This document shows positions 1-9,299 of a stretch of DNA of 32,000 nucleotides, piece by piece (position 1 is the first letter of the stretch; each line of letters opens with the position of its first letter). Below the pieces are notes generated by a model. It worked only from the letters and a program-made list of their open reading frames with translations. It was not told the origin of the DNA and ran no database searches. The translations under genes and the position numbers were made by a program. This stretch comes from an uncultured Opitutales bacterium (lineage in GTDB: Bacteria > Verrucomicrobiota > Verrucomicrobiia > Opitutales > Intestinicryptomonadaceae): the NCBI GenBank assembly GCA_934660865.1, contig CAKUIA010000002.1, forward strand, positions 157,893-189,892. The letters are read 5' to 3'.

Positions 1-1
1 C

Positions 2-610
2 CTTCTTAAAATTATGCCCGACTTGGACAAGGTGCGCCGCATAAAGAAAGCCCCGTTTAGGGTTTGCGGGGTAATTTCGGGTGTAAAGCGCCGCTTTACA
101 AAAAAAGACAAAAAGCCGTGGGCGTCCTTCCTGCTTTCGACAAGAGACGGCGAATCGTATTCGTTTAACATGTTCCCTACCGCCTACGAAAGCTATAAAG
201 ACGTGCTCGGCGAAAACGTTTGCCTTTGCATTTCGGGCGACATTCGCTACGACAACGGCGAAATACGCTACAATGTGGAAAGCGCGGCGCCTATGGCCGA
301 AACCGTGGCCGGACAGGCAACCGACGTAACGTGGGTTATAGACGCCTACAACGACGCCGAAAATTTCGTGCGCAGGCTTTCGCACTGCATACACGACGGC
401 GAGCAGGACCGCAGCATTATGCACCACGTTTTAATTAGGGTAAACGAAACCGACTACATGTCGGTAGACCTGGATTTTAAAAGCGCCTTCGACAAAGACA
501 AGTTTGCCGATTTAAAAAAGGAAAGCGCCTTTTTAAAACTCGACGCAAAAATAAAGGCGTTTGAACCGAAAACAAGAAAGTTCGAGTTTAGGCGCAGAAC
601 AACAAATTAA
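2..610 (+). CDS. dnaE: DNA polymerase III alpha subunit (DnaE), C-terminal fragment; the 5' end lies off-window
   Basis: The frame is open from the window edge (LLKI precedes the first Met at 14), with a stop at 608-610. The sequence VCGVISGVKRRFTKKDKKPWASFLLSTRDGESYSFNMFPTAYESY fits the OB-fold near the DnaE C-terminus. Recognised by eye, no search was run. Confidence 0.7.
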   Translation, partial: LLKIMPDLDKVRRIKKAPFRVCGVISGVKRRFTKKDKKPWASFLLSTRDGESYSFNMFPTAYESYKDVLGENVCLCISGDIRYDNGEIRYNVESAAPMAETVAGQATDVTWVIDAYNDAENFVRRLSHCIHDGEQDRSIMHHVLIRVNETDYMSVDLDFKSAFDKDKFADLKKESAFLKLDAKIKAFEPKTRKFEFRRRTTN

Positions 611-620
611 AATTTGCAAA

Positions 621-2366
621 ATGAAATTCGTTAAATTCGGGTGCTCGTCGTGCCTAGTTTTAGTATTGGCGTTTTTTGCGTTTCTTGCGCTGGGAATGGG
701 CGCGGCAAAATACCTGAAAGCCGAAAAAGGCGAAAGCATTGTCTCTATAAACCTTGCAATGCCCGTGCCCAACCTACCCTTTTCGGCAAATTCGCCGTTT
801 CTTAGCGAGGGCAAATACGGCAGGCTAAACGAAAGGGAAATTGCAAACGCCATTGCAAAGGCGGCCTACGACAACTCTGTTTTGGGCATTTTGCTTTATG
901 CGGAAGGACCGACGCAAATGTCGCTTGCGCAGGCATGCGAAATAAGAAACGCCCTTTTAAGCTTTAGGGAAAGCGGCAAAAAGGTATATGCGGCGGCCGA
1001 CTATGCCGACAAAAAAGCCTACTATATTTTTAGCGCCTCCGACGAAATTTTTATGGACGAAATGGGCGAGATAGACCTTTCGGGGCTGGCCTTTGAGGGC
1101 GTGTTTTTCGGAAACGCATTCGAAAAATACGGCATTTCGGCAAACGTTGTAAAGTGCGGCAAATACAAGGATTTTGGCGATATGTTCACAAAAAGCGGCT
1201 TTTCGCCCGAAGCAAAGGCGCAGCTTACAAACATAGCCAAAAGCCTTTGGCAAAATATGCTAAACGCCGTCTGCACGGCAAGGGCGATAAACCGCAAAAC
1301 CCTTGAAAACGAAACGGCAAACACGCCCGTTTTCGGGGCGAAAGAGGCCGTAAAATTGCGCCTTGCAGACAAAATAGCCGACAAGGCGAAAATCAAAAAA
1401 ACGCTTTTTAAAGACGACGAAATAAACGAAATTCCCGTCGAAAAATACGCCGACACAACCCCCGATATAGGCGCGTTTGCGCCCAACAAAACCGCGCTTG
1501 TATACATGTCGGGCGACATTGTATCGGAAGACGACCCCTCCGATATTTTCGGCGAAAAAAGCACGATTTCGGCAAAGCTGTATACGTCCATTTTCGACGA
1601 GATTGCAAAAGACGGCGCAATATCGGCCGTTGTAGTGCGCATAAACAGCGGAGGCGGTTCGGCGCAGGCAAGCGAGCAAATACGCAGATCTTTGCAAAAT
1701 CTGGCGCAAAAAAAGCCCGTGTTTGTTTCGGTTTCGTCGATGTGCGCAAGCGGGGCGTATTGGATTTCGTCGGCGGCGCACAAAATTTTCGCCCAAGAGC
1801 AGAGCCTTATAGGCTCTATAGGCGTATTTTCCATAAACTTCGGCATAGAAAAATTGGCCGACAGCTACGGAATTAATTTCGACACGGCAAAAAGCGGCAA
1901 GTTTGCCGATATGCTTAGCCCCTTTAGGCAAAGCACGCCCGAAGAAAACGCCGTTATACAAAGCCGCATAGATTTTGTGTACGACAAGTTTGTAAACCTG
2001 GTTGCAAATTCGCGCAAAATAGACAAGGCCTCGGCAAAAAATCTGGCAACGGGCGAAGTTTGGACGGCGCAAACGGCAAAGGCCTTAAAATTGGTAGACG
2101 CAAGCAATATGACGCTTTCCGACACGATTGCCTTTGCATTGCAAGCGCAAGAGGAAGCCTCGCAAATAGAGGTGTTCCCAAAAAAGCCGTCTTTTGAGGA
2201 ATTTTTAAACGCGTTTTTAGGCGGGGCTACAAGCACATTTTTAAAGGCAGCCCGCCCCGAATCGCTCGAGCAAAAAAAGGCAAATGCCCTAAAACAAATA
2301 AAGGGCATTGCCCCAAACGAGGGCATATTGCTTTACACGCCCTATAAGCTTGAAAACTTAAAATAG
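621..2366 (+). CDS. sppA: Signal peptide peptidase SppA, long (two-domain, 67K-type) S49 protease
   Basis: The ORF track starts at 561, but the ATG at 621 (MKFVKFGCSSCLVLVLAFFAFLALG) gives an N-terminal membrane anchor and clears the dnaE stop at 610. Two tandem S49-like halves are visible (..LLYAEGP.. and ..VVVRINSGGGSAQASE..SMCASGAYWISSAA..). Confidence 0.85.
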   Translation: MKFVKFGCSSCLVLVLAFFAFLALGMGAAKYLKAEKGESIVSINLAMPVPNLPFSANSPFLSEGKYGRLNEREIANAIAKAAYDNSVLGILLYAEGPTQMSLAQACEIRNALLSFRESGKKVYAAADYADKKAYYIFSASDEIFMDEMGEIDLSGLAFEGVFFGNAFEKYGISANVVKCGKYKDFGDMFTKSGFSPEAKAQLTNIAKSLWQNMLNAVCTARAINRKTLENETANTPVFGAKEAVKLRLADKIADKAKIKKTLFKDDEINEIPVEKYADTTPDIGAFAPNKTALVYMSGDIVSEDDPSDIFGEKSTISAKLYTSIFDEIAKDGAISAVVVRINSGGGSAQASEQIRRSLQNLAQKKPVFVSVSSMCASGAYWISSAAHKIFAQEQSLIGSIGVFSINFGIEKLADSYGINFDTAKSGKFADMLSPFRQSTPEENAVIQSRIDFVYDKFVNLVANSRKIDKASAKNLATGEVWTAQTAKALKLVDASNMTLSDTIAFALQAQEEASQIEVFPKKPSFEEFLNAFLGGATSTFLKAARPESLEQKKANALKQIKGIAPNEGILLYTPYKLENLK

Positions 2367-2381
2367 GCCTTGCCATTGCGC

Positions 2382-2426
2382 AAAAAAAAACGGCTTTCGG
2401 ACGGAATTTCCCGAAAGCCGTTTTTT
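2382..2426. terminator. Bidirectional rho-independent terminator between convergent sppA and the DeoR gene
   Basis: A perfect 10-bp stem pairs CGGCTTTCGG (2391-2400) with CCGAAAGCCG (2411-2420). It is preceded by an A9 run (2382-2390) and followed by T6 (2421-2426). Confidence 0.75.
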
Positions 2427-2441
2427 GCTTTATAAATTCTG

Positions 2442-3212
2442 CTAGACTATTTTAAGCCCCGCCGATTCGAAAGGCTGCAAGGCTTCGGGGCTGGCGGCCG
2501 AATCGGTAACGAGAACGTCTATTTTGTCTAAGGGCGCAAAATAGCTTATCGAGCGCGCGTTAAGTTTCGAAGAATCGCACAACAAAACTTTTTTCGAGCA
2601 AAACGGCAATACGTTTTCCTTAAACTCGGCGTGCATTTCGGCGGCTTCGCTTGCGCCCCTGTCTATGTCTACGCCGTTGCACGAAAAGAAAAACAAGTCT
2701 ACCGAATAGCGCTTAACCGCCTGCCACGACGCAAAGCCGCCAAAGCTGTGGCTTTCGCGGTCTAGCCTGCCGCCGGTTAGAATAACCGTAATATTCGACT
2801 TGTCCATAACCGCCAAAACGATGTCGTGCGCGTTGGTTATAACCGTAAGCCTTATGTCGGGCAGCATTTCGGCCAAAACAAGAGCCGTAGAGCTTGCGTC
2901 GAACAAAAGAGTGTCGTTTTCCTTAATCATTTCGAGAGCCTTTTTGGCAATCTCGCACTTAAGGTTGTGGTTTTGCAGCAGGCGTTTGTTAAGGGGCAAA
3001 TTGCCGGTACCCTTTTCTATTCTTATGCAGCCGCCGTGGGTGCGGATAAGCTTTTTTTCCTCGTCAAGTTGCTCTAAATCGCGGCGTATGGTTTCGTCGG
3101 TAACTTCGAAATATTTGGCAAGCTCTATTGTTCTAAGGCTTGCCTGGCTCGAAAGCATATTTAGTATTATTCTGTGTCTTTGCCTTGCTAACATACGCCA
3201 AAAATCGCGCAA
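2442..3212 (-). CDS. DeoR-family transcriptional regulator (HTH plus sugar-phosphate-binding DeoR C-terminal domain)
   Basis: N-terminal ARQRHRIILNMLSSQASLRTIELAKYFEVTDETIRRDLEQL is a typical DeoR HTH. The C-terminal half is DeoR-like (..LLFDASSTAL.., ..ILTGGRL..). The real start may be the Met at 3194 (MLARQRH). Confidence 0.85.
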   Translation of the reverse strand: MRDFWRMLARQRHRIILNMLSSQASLRTIELAKYFEVTDETIRRDLEQLDEEKKLIRTHGGCIRIEKGTGNLPLNKRLLQNHNLKCEIAKKALEMIKENDTLLFDASSTALVLAEMLPDIRLTVITNAHDIVLAVMDKSNITVILTGGRLDRESHSFGGFASWQAVKRYSVDLFFFSCNGVDIDRGASEAAEMHAEFKENVLPFCSKKVLLCDSSKLNARSISYFAPLDKIDVLVTDSAASPEALQPFESAGLKIV

Positions 3213-3350
3213 ATATTGCGTATAGTCAAGATTTATAACATCTTAAAAGCAAACATACGCCGATTTTTTGCTTGAAGTTTTTTGATTTTTTGGTTTTTTG
3301 TTGATTGCGAACAAAATAAATTGTTTAATTTTGAGTATATTTTTTAGATT
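3213..3350. promoter_or_regulatory. Divergent promoter/operator region between the DeoR gene and the aldolase-rhaB operon
   Basis: This is a 138-bp AT-rich intergenic region between divergent genes. It holds four TTTTTTG heptamers (starts at 3264, 3278, 3286, 3294), the last three spaced 8 bp apart. No specific operator was recognised. Confidence 0.3.
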
Positions 3351-4214
3351 ATGAAAAGCACCGCAAAGAAATCCGCAAAAAAACAAAAGGAATTTATCAT
3401 TAAAAGCTCGGAATTTTTCTGGGACGAAAAAAGCGACAAGGCGGCTTGGAAAGATTTGGACAAGTTTTTTAACTCGCCGAAAATAAACAAGCTAAAAGAG
3501 CTTATTTGCGATTTGGGCAGGCGCTGCTACTCGCGCCACTACAACGACGGCAACGGCGGCAACCTGTCGGTTAGGGTGGGTTCTAACCTGGTGCTTTGCA
3601 CGCCTACAATGATAAGCAAAGGCTCTATGAAGCCCGAAGACCTTTGCCTTGTAGATTTAGACGGCAACCAGCTTTGCGGCACAAGGAAGCGCACAAGCGA
3701 AATTTTGGCGCATTTGGCCATAATGAAAACCCAGCCAAAGGCAAAGGCCTGCTGCCACGCGCACCCGCCCTATGCCACCGCTTTTGCGCTGGCGGGCCGC
3801 ACCCCCGCCAGATTCATAAACCCCGAGGCCGAAATTTTTGTGGGGCAAATCGGTTTGGCCGAATATAAAACGCCGGGAACGAAGGAAGTTTCGGAGGCCA
3901 TAGGCGCGCAAAGCAAAGAGCACGACTGCATTTTTATGCTTAACCACGGCGTGATAACCTGGGCAAAAGACATAGAGGTGGCCTACTGGAAAATGGAAAA
4001 CATAGAGGCCCTAAGCCAGTGCGCGTATTTGTCGATGTTTATCGGCAAAGGCCCCATGCATGTAAACAAGGCGCAGCGCAAAGATTTAGACACAATTAGA
4101 ACGGCTTTGGGCAGCCCCGTTCCCGAAGTGGACCTTTCGTACGAATACAATTTCTCGTGGGACGATTTAATCGAAAAAATCGCCGACAAAGTGGTTAAAA
4201 AATTAAAGAAATAG
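3351..4214 (+). CDS. Class II (metal-dependent) aldolase/adducin-family protein; candidate rhamnulose-1-phosphate or fuculose-1-phosphate aldolase
   Basis: The sequence carries GNGGNLSVRV and the His cluster CCHAHPPYATAFA typical of class II aldolases. It sits 5 nt upstream of rhamnulokinase. Confidence 0.75.
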   Translation: MKSTAKKSAKKQKEFIIKSSEFFWDEKSDKAAWKDLDKFFNSPKINKLKELICDLGRRCYSRHYNDGNGGNLSVRVGSNLVLCTPTMISKGSMKPEDLCLVDLDGNQLCGTRKRTSEILAHLAIMKTQPKAKACCHAHPPYATAFALAGRTPARFINPEAEIFVGQIGLAEYKTPGTKEVSEAIGAQSKEHDCIFMLNHGVITWAKDIEVAYWKMENIEALSQCAYLSMFIGKGPMHVNKAQRKDLDTIRTALGSPVPEVDLSYEYNFSWDDLIEKIADKVVKKLKK

Positions 4215-4219
4215 TTTTT

Positions 4220-5695
4220 ATGGAAAAAGTTTATCTGGCGGTAGATTTGGGAGCGGGCAGCGGCCGCGTTATGGCGGCGGTGTTCGACGGCAAAAAAATT
4301 GTTTTAGACGAAATTTCGCGCTTCGACAATTCGCCCGTAGACATGCCCGACGGCCTGCACTGGAACATTACAAACCTGTGCAAAAATATGTACGACGGCA
4401 TTTACGCCGCCGACCGCAAGTACGGCAAGAAGATTGTTTCTGTCGGCATCGACACATGGGGTGTAGACTACGCTTTGATAGACAAAAACGGTCAGCTTTT
4501 GGGGCTGCCTTTCATATACAGAGACGCGAGAACATCGGGCTGTATGGAAAGGGTTTTCGCAAAAACGGGCAGGGAAAACCTTTACAACAACACGGGCATT
4601 CAGTTTCTTTTCTTCAACAGCATTTACCAGCTTTTTGCGCATTTTAAGAATTCCAAAGAGCTGCTTAAAAACGCAGATTCCCTGCTGTTTATACCCGACT
4701 ATTTGTCGTACGCGCTTACCGGCAAAAAGGTTATCGAGGAAAGCATTGCAAGCACTTCGCAACTTTACAACACGGCAAAACACTGCTGGGCAAGCTCGAT
4801 AATCTCCAAATTGGGCTTCAAAAAAAGCCTGTTTAAAAAGGCGGTGGCCGCCCCCAAAAATTTGGGAAAGATAAGGAAGAGCCTGTCGGCCAATATGGCA
4901 AGCAACCCCAATGTTATATGCGTGGCGGGCCACGACACGGGGTCTGCGGTGGCCGCAGTTCCCAGTGCCGAAAAATCCCCCTTTTGGCTTAGCAGCGGAA
5001 CTTGGTCTATTATGGGCATAGAGCTTAACCGTGCCGTTATAAACGCCGACGCCTATAAATATTCTTTTACAAACGAGCTTGGCCTTTGCAAAACGGTAAG
5101 GTTTTCGAAAAACATTTGCGGGCTTTGGCTTATGCAGGAATGCAAGCGCGCATGGACGCAAGCGGGCGAAAAAATCGGCTACGAAGACATGCTGCGCCTG
5201 GCCAAAAATTCCACGCCCTTTAAATATTTTATAGATCCCGACGCCGCAGAATTTGCAATGCCGTGCGATATGCCCAAAAAGATTGCCGACGCGATAAAAA
5301 GGCGCTACAAGAAAGCCCCCAAAGACAAGGGCGAAATTTTAAGGTGCATATACGATTCGCTTTCGCTTAAATATGCGTATGTATTCGAAAAGCTAAGCAA
5401 ACTTTCAAATACAAAACCCCATGCGCTGCACATTATTGGCGGCGGCAGCAAAGACGATTTGCTATGCCAGTTTACCGCAAACGCCCTTAACATGCAGGTT
5501 TTGGCCGGTCCCGCCGAAGCGACATCTCTCGGCAATGTGGCGGCGCAAATGATTGCCGACAAAACCGTAAAAGACCTTAAAGGCGCGCGCGCCATAATTT
5601 CCGCCTCGGTAAAGCCCAAGCTTTACAAGCCGCAAAACGCGCAGGATTTTGCAAAAGCGTATATCGAGTATAAAAAGCAGCTAAAGCTAAGCTAA
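4220..5695 (+). CDS. rhaB: Rhamnulokinase (FGGY carbohydrate kinase family)
   Basis: Several blocks match what I recall of E. coli RhaB: AVDLGAGSGRVM, IDTWGVDYALIDKNGQLLGLPFIYRDARTSG, GIQFLFFNSIYQL, SGTWSIMGIE, LHIIGGGSKDDLLCQFTANAL..AGPAEATSLGN. Confidence 0.85.
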   Translation: MEKVYLAVDLGAGSGRVMAAVFDGKKIVLDEISRFDNSPVDMPDGLHWNITNLCKNMYDGIYAADRKYGKKIVSVGIDTWGVDYALIDKNGQLLGLPFIYRDARTSGCMERVFAKTGRENLYNNTGIQFLFFNSIYQLFAHFKNSKELLKNADSLLFIPDYLSYALTGKKVIEESIASTSQLYNTAKHCWASSIISKLGFKKSLFKKAVAAPKNLGKIRKSLSANMASNPNVICVAGHDTGSAVAAVPSAEKSPFWLSSGTWSIMGIELNRAVINADAYKYSFTNELGLCKTVRFSKNICGLWLMQECKRAWTQAGEKIGYEDMLRLAKNSTPFKYFIDPDAAEFAMPCDMPKKIADAIKRRYKKAPKDKGEILRCIYDSLSLKYAYVFEKLSKLSNTKPHALHIIGGGSKDDLLCQFTANALNMQVLAGPAEATSLGNVAAQMIADKTVKDLKGARAIISASVKPKLYKPQNAQDFAKAYIEYKKQLKLS

Positions 5696-5714
5696 ATGGC
5701 TTTGCAGAAAACAT

Positions 5715-5760
5715 AAAAAAAATCCGCAACCGAAATGCCCGGTTGCGGATTTTTGTTTTT
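5715..5760. terminator. Bidirectional rho-independent terminator between convergent rhaB and proA
   Basis: An 11-bp stem pairs ATCCGCAACCG (5722-5732) with CGGTTGCGGAT (5740-5750). An A8 run lies upstream and T-runs lie downstream. Confidence 0.75.
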
Positions 5761-5770
5761 TATAGGCTTA

Positions 5771-7039
5771 TTATCTTGTCTGCCCCGTGCCGAAAATCTT
5801 GTATTTATACGAGCACAATTCGTTAAGCCCCATGGGCCCGCGCGCATGCAGCCTGTCGGTGCTAATGCCGATTTCCGCCCCCAAGCCGAATTCGTAGCCG
5901 TCGGTAAATCTGGTAGAGGCATTCCAATATACGCAGGCGGAATCTACATTGTTTAGGAACTCTTCGGCGGCCTGCTCATTTTCGCTTACAATCGCGTCGC
6001 TATGCCCCGAGCTGTGCACGTTTATAAAGCGGCAGGCGTCTTTTACGCCGTCTACTGTGGCAACCGAAATTATATAGTCGGTATATTCGGTGTAAAAATC
6101 ATCTTCGGTGGCCTCTTTTGCGGGTATTGCCGCCTTTTGCAGAATATCCAAGGCCAGCCCCTTTGCCCTGATTTCCACATTCTTTTCAAGCAAGGCCCTG
6201 CATATTTCGGGCAAAAAGCTTTCGGCAATAGAACTGTCTACCAAAAGGTTTTCGGCCGCATTGCAGGCGCTCGGCCTCTGGCACTTGGCGTTGACGGCAA
6301 TGCTTTTTGCCATCTCCAAATTTGCGGATTTTTCTATATACAAATTGCAAACGCCCTTATAGTGCTTAATTACGGGTATTGTGGAATTTTCGCAAACAAA
6401 GCGTATCAGCTTTTCGCCGCCGCGGGGAATTATGCACTGTATTTGCGAATCGAGCTTTAAAAGCGTGTTTAGCGCGGTTCTGTCGGCCGTTGGTATAAAC
6501 TGCACGGCATTCGGGCACACTCCCGTTTCGGTTAGCGCGTCTCTTATGCACTTGGCCAAAATTTGGTTCGACAAAAAGGCTTCTTTGCCGCCCCTTAAAA
6601 TGCAGGCGTTAGAGCTTTTAAGGCACAGCACCGCGCAGTCGACCGTAACATTCGGGCGGCTTTCGTATATTATGCCTATAACGCCTATGGGAACCGACAC
6701 TTTTTTAATAACCAAGCCGTTCGGCCTTTTTGTTTCCGACAAGATTCTGCCCGTGGGGTTTTCCAAGCTTGCAACCTGCTCTACGCCCTCGGCGATGGAG
6801 TTTATAAGCTTTTCGCTAAGGGTTAGCCTGTCTACCATGGCGCTGCTTAATCCGTTTTGCTTTGCAGCTTCAACATCTTGGGCGTTTGCCTTTAAAATTT
6901 CGGCCGTATTTTGCCTTAGGTGTTTTGCAATGCAAAGCAGCGCCGCATTCTTCCTTTCGCCCGACAAGTTTGCAATGTCTAGCGCCGCCTTTCTTGCGGC
7001 CAGGGCCATATCCTTTACGGTTTGTTCGATATTTTCCAT
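5771..7039 (-). CDS. proA: Gamma-glutamyl phosphate reductase (glutamate-5-semialdehyde dehydrogenase)
   Basis: This 422-aa protein of the aldehyde dehydrogenase superfamily has ProA-typical blocks: IGIIYESRPNVTVD, ILRGGKEA, PSACNAAENLLV, NASTRFTDGYEFGLGAEIGIST. Confidence 0.92.
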   Translation of the reverse strand: MENIEQTVKDMALAARKAALDIANLSGERKNAALLCIAKHLRQNTAEILKANAQDVEAAKQNGLSSAMVDRLTLSEKLINSIAEGVEQVASLENPTGRILSETKRPNGLVIKKVSVPIGVIGIIYESRPNVTVDCAVLCLKSSNACILRGGKEAFLSNQILAKCIRDALTETGVCPNAVQFIPTADRTALNTLLKLDSQIQCIIPRGGEKLIRFVCENSTIPVIKHYKGVCNLYIEKSANLEMAKSIAVNAKCQRPSACNAAENLLVDSSIAESFLPEICRALLEKNVEIRAKGLALDILQKAAIPAKEATEDDFYTEYTDYIISVATVDGVKDACRFINVHSSGHSDAIVSENEQAAEEFLNNVDSACVYWNASTRFTDGYEFGLGAEIGISTDRLHARGPMGLNELCSYKYKIFGTGQTR

Positions 7040-7048
7040 GGCAAGCTC

Positions 7049-7960
7049 CTATACGGTTGTAATTTCGCGCAAAAATGCTGTTCTTTTCTCGACTTCGGCA
7101 AAGCCCGATTTTTCGAGCTTGTCGCACGAAAAGTCCTCTACCGTAAGCGAGGCGACGGCGGCGGCATAAAGCATTGCGTTTTTCATGGACTTAAAGGAAA
7201 AGTCGTTGTCGCCCGCCATTTTGCCGATTAAGGCTCCGGCATACGAATCGCCGGCGCCCGTGGGGTCTCTTAACTCGGCTACGGGATAGGCGGGGGCTAT
7301 GAACATTCCGTCTTTGTGGAACAGCACCGAACCGTGCTCGCCCTTCTTTATAAGAACGTTTTTTGCCCCCAGCTTTTTCATTTCGTCGGCGGCCTTAAAG
7401 ATGTTGTCGCAGCCGGTCAACTCGGCCGATTCCGAATCGTTTAAAATAAACAAGTCGGCTTTTGGAATAAGCTTTAGCAAGTCTTGTTTGGCAATGTTTA
7501 TCCACAAATCCATTGTGTCGACTAGCACAAACTTGGGGCTTTTTATTTTTTCCAAAACCGCAAGCTGGTGTTCGGGGTTGATGTTGCCGAGCATAACGCA
7601 TTGGCAGGTCGAAAGGCTTTCGGGAAGCTGCGGCTTGTAGTGCTCGAACACGTTTATTTTAACGTCCAATGTTTCGCGCTTGTTAAAGTCGTCGAAATAT
7701 TTGCCGCGCCAAAAAAAGGTGTCGCCCGTATTGTCTATCTGCAGGCCCGAAATGTCTATGTTGCGGTTTTTAAGGCGCTGTATGTCGCTTTGTTTAAAAT
7801 CTTTGCCCACAACGCCGGCCATGTGCGTGTCGGCAAAATACGAGCACGCCAGCGACGCATACGACGCCGACCCGCCCAAGATGTAGTCTCTTTTTGCGTA
7901 GACCGTTTCAATGCAGTCGTACGCAACCGAACCGAATACCAAAACTTCGTTTTTTTCCAT
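7049..7960 (-). CDS. PfkB-family carbohydrate/nucleoside kinase (ribokinase-like fold)
   Basis: The PfkB signature DPTGAGDSYAGALIG lies near the C-terminus. The ORF track extends to 8050, but the Met at 7960 (MEKNEVLVFGSVAYD) matches the usual PfkB N-terminus. The stop is 9 nt from the proA start, and a GGAG lies ahead of proA. Confidence 0.8.
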   Translation of the reverse strand: MEKNEVLVFGSVAYDCIETVYAKRDYILGGSASYASLACSYFADTHMAGVVGKDFKQSDIQRLKNRNIDISGLQIDNTGDTFFWRGKYFDDFNKRETLDVKINVFEHYKPQLPESLSTCQCVMLGNINPEHQLAVLEKIKSPKFVLVDTMDLWINIAKQDLLKLIPKADLFILNDSESAELTGCDNIFKAADEMKKLGAKNVLIKKGEHGSVLFHKDGMFIAPAYPVAELRDPTGAGDSYAGALIGKMAGDNDFSFKSMKNAMLYAAAVASLTVEDFSCDKLEKSGFAEVEKRTAFLREITTV

Positions 7961-8066
7961 ATTAGGCGAAAAGCTAAAGCATTTATCCGATTTTAGAAAG
8001 AAAAAAACGCGCATATGCGCTAATTTGAACTTGCAAAAATCCGGCGCCAATCAAAGCTATAACTCT

Positions 8067-9299
8067 ATGAGTTGGTGGTTGTACATAGCCTATAAACAGC
8101 TTTTCCCGACGGGCAAAAAAATATCGTTTTTTGCCGCGGTTTCGATTTTGGGAGTAGCGCTGGGCGTGCTTGCCCTTTTGGGCACGCAAAGCGTAATGAA
8201 CGGCTTTCACGAGCAGATAGGGCAAAAGCTAAAGGATACTACCGGCGACGTTTCGGTTTCGCGCATAGGCAGAAATTTGCACAACACAAAAGAGCTAAAA
8301 AAACGCCTTTCGAAAATGGACGGCGTTTTGCGCGCCGAAGAGGTAGTTCAGGGCCCGGTGATGATGATTTTCAGAAACTCGCCGCTGTTTCCCGCGTTCA
8401 GAAGTTTCGACACGATTTCGAAAGACTGCGCGCTGCCCATTGCGGAAAACGATTTTGTTATGTACAACACAATAGACGCCCTTGACGACGACGGCGTAAT
8501 TTTGGGCTCGCGCATGGCGTATAATGCGGGGATTTCGGTGGGCGATTTCGTTACGGTTTACTCGCCGGCAATGATAGACAAATTAAACGACAACGAAGTG
8601 CCCATGCCCGTGCGCCTTAAGGTTGTGGGCCTGCTTAACACGGGCTTTTCGCAGGTAGATTCGAACACGGGGCTTGTTTCGCTGCGCAGAATGCGCGAGC
8701 TGTACAATTTCGATTCGAACGGCGCGCAAAACATTTCGCTAAAGCTAAAAGACGGCTTCGACTGCAAAAAATTCGCAAAAAAACTCAACGGCGAGCTTGA
8801 CAGGGAAGGCCTTAGGGCAAAATCGTGGACCGACAACAACGAGGCCTTTTTAAGGGTGATTTATATGGAAAAGACAATGATGTCGCTTATAATTATGCTG
8901 GTTATTTTGGTGGCGTCGTTTTCGATTTGCATTTCGCTTTACACTTCGGTTGTAAGAAAAACCCGCGAAATAGGCCTTATGGCGGCAATGGGCGCAAGAA
9001 GCTACCAAACGGTTTTATGCTATTGCGCGCAGGGGCTTTTTATAGGCATATTGGGGTCGGCGGTGGGCTTGGCGCTAACTTTCGGCATTTTGCATTTTAG
9101 GCAGCAAATTGTAGACTTTACCTTGGGCAACGAAACGATTAGCGAATTTTACTTCCTTACAAGGCTGCCCGTTGCCTACAAGATGTCGGATATAATTTCA
9201 ACCTCGGCGTTTGCGGTTGTTTTGTGCACGCTTGCGGGCATTATACCCGCCTGCGTGGCCGCCCGCCTTAAAGCCTCGAAAGCGATGCGAAATGAATAG
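8067..9299 (+). CDS. LolC/LolE-family ABC transporter permease (MacB-like periplasmic domain plus FtsX domain)
   Basis: The ORF track starts at 7911, but the ATG at 8067 (MSWWLYIAYKQLFPTGKKISFFAAVSILGVALGVLAL..) is the typical LolC/E start. FtsX-type TM helices are at the C-terminus. Confidence 0.8.
   Translation: MSWWLYIAYKQLFPTGKKISFFAAVSILGVALGVLALLGTQSVMNGFHEQIGQKLKDTTGDVSVSRIGRNLHNTKELKKRLSKMDGVLRAEEVVQGPVMMIFRNSPLFPAFRSFDTISKDCALPIAENDFVMYNTIDALDDDGVILGSRMAYNAGISVGDFVTVYSPAMIDKLNDNEVPMPVRLKVVGLLNTGFSQVDSNTGLVSLRRMRELYNFDSNGAQNISLKLKDGFDCKKFAKKLNGELDREGLRAKSWTDNNEAFLRVIYMEKTMMSLIIMLVILVASFSICISLYTSVVRKTREIGLMAAMGARSYQTVLCYCAQGLFIGILGSAVGLALTFGILHFRQQIVDFTLGNETISEFYFLTRLPVAYKMSDIISTSAFAVVLCTLAGIIPACVAARLKASKAMRNE

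Noticed and set aside
561-620. Longer 5' extensions offered by the ORF track: sppA from 561, pfkB to 8050, the Lol permease from 7911, lolD from 9211, the GT8 fusion from 25933 and ABC from TTG 29287.
   Set aside because: The extensions overlap the preceding gene or encode atypical leader sequence. Internal ATGs (621, 7960, 8067, 9292, 26104, 29302) give canonical family N-termini and sensible gene spacing.
1022-1846. Long antisense or out-of-frame ORFs inside confident genes. Examples are 1022-1846(-), 1260-2072(-), 4304-5161(-), 6381-7169(+), 10843-11466(-), 11467-12075(-), 12633-13274(-), 14706-15365(-), 16895-17776(+), 17973-18482(+), 18551-19051(+), 29475-30134(+) and 25779-26264(-).
   Set aside because: Each lies wholly within a gene whose product has clear family motifs on the other strand or frame. 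Their translations are low-complexity (Arg/Phe/Ala-rich) with no recognisable motifs, which is typical of shadow ORFs.
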